Shown here piece by piece: positions 58,940 through 59,179 of a DNA stretch of 59,179 nucleotides (positions within the stretch are counted from its first letter, which is position 1; the number at the start of each line of letters is the position of its first letter). The stretch is from Holosporaceae bacterium (lineage in GTDB: Bacteria; Pseudomonadota; Alphaproteobacteria; UBA3830), in the NCBI GenBank assembly GCA_031282425.1, contig JAITDT010000024.1:1-59179 (forward strand). The letters run 5' to 3'. A program made the translations under genes and the position numbers. The notes below the pieces were generated by a model that searched no databases, had not been told where the DNA came from, and was given only the letters and a program-made list of their open reading frames with translations.

Positions 58940-59123
58940 GCTATATCTCCATTTTTTGTTCTAAAAAATAATTTCTCATCGCTAGTTTTCTTAAACTGCA
59001 TGTTTAAATCCCATGATATTGTTTCATAATGATTTTAATACCGGGTTAATGGTAGGATTTAATGGCATAATTTTAGAAATATGGTACAATCAAAAATATG
59101 CAGCAAGAGAAAGAGTAGAAAAT

Positions 59124-59179
59124 ATGTATCGGTTTCTTGATCCTAAAAATGATTTTGCATTTAAGCGTGTATTCGGAAC
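59124..59179 (+). CDS. second Rpn-family nuclease gene, 5' end only (runs off the window)
   Basis: MYRFLDPKNDFAFKRVFG is the same N-terminal signature as the gene at 56376. Confidence 0.6.
   Translation, partial: MYRFLDPKNDFAFKRVFG

Overview
AT-rich bacterial chromosome segment. The gene content (gatC, greA, fabG, rnhA, dapF, ileS-lspA, pal, dnaK-dnaJ, secB, a stand-alone 5'-3' exonuclease, priA, mutS, an EamA transporter, Rpn-type nucleases, much IS debris) suggests a host-associated alphaproteobacterium; that is inference only. About half the window is ordinary housekeeping, and I saw no rRNA, tRNA or CRISPR. There are five accessory parts. (1) 46.4-49.1 kb holds a type VI secretion sheath-tube locus. 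TssB and TssC are fused into one 686-aa protein, followed by a divergent Hcp-like gene, and no other tss genes are nearby. (2) 51.3-54.8 kb holds a translationally coupled 4-gene operon: 580 aa, 295 aa, a SleB-type cell-wall hydrolase and a 2-TM protein. Only IS relics separate it from the sheath-tube locus. (3) Two large proteins (38.6-39.8 kb and 41.5-42.4 kb) have Flp/TadE-type prepilin N-termini, and each sits behind a G12 tract. (4) The window contains five G/C tracts of 12-14 nt and one T13 promoter spacer, which suggests a set of phase-variable contingency loci. (5) 22.6-34.2 kb is a GDP-heptose-type glycan island with an ArnC/ArnT-like transferase pair and three methyltransferases, one carrying an in-frame G12 tract. 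Smaller items are an orphan secretin plus two prepilin-type genes, a cupin fused to a eukaryotic-type phosphomannomutase, and an Rpn-nuclease/HExxH island. All calls come from reading motifs in the supplied translations and the DNA. No database searches were run, and homopolymer lengths may contain sequencing error.
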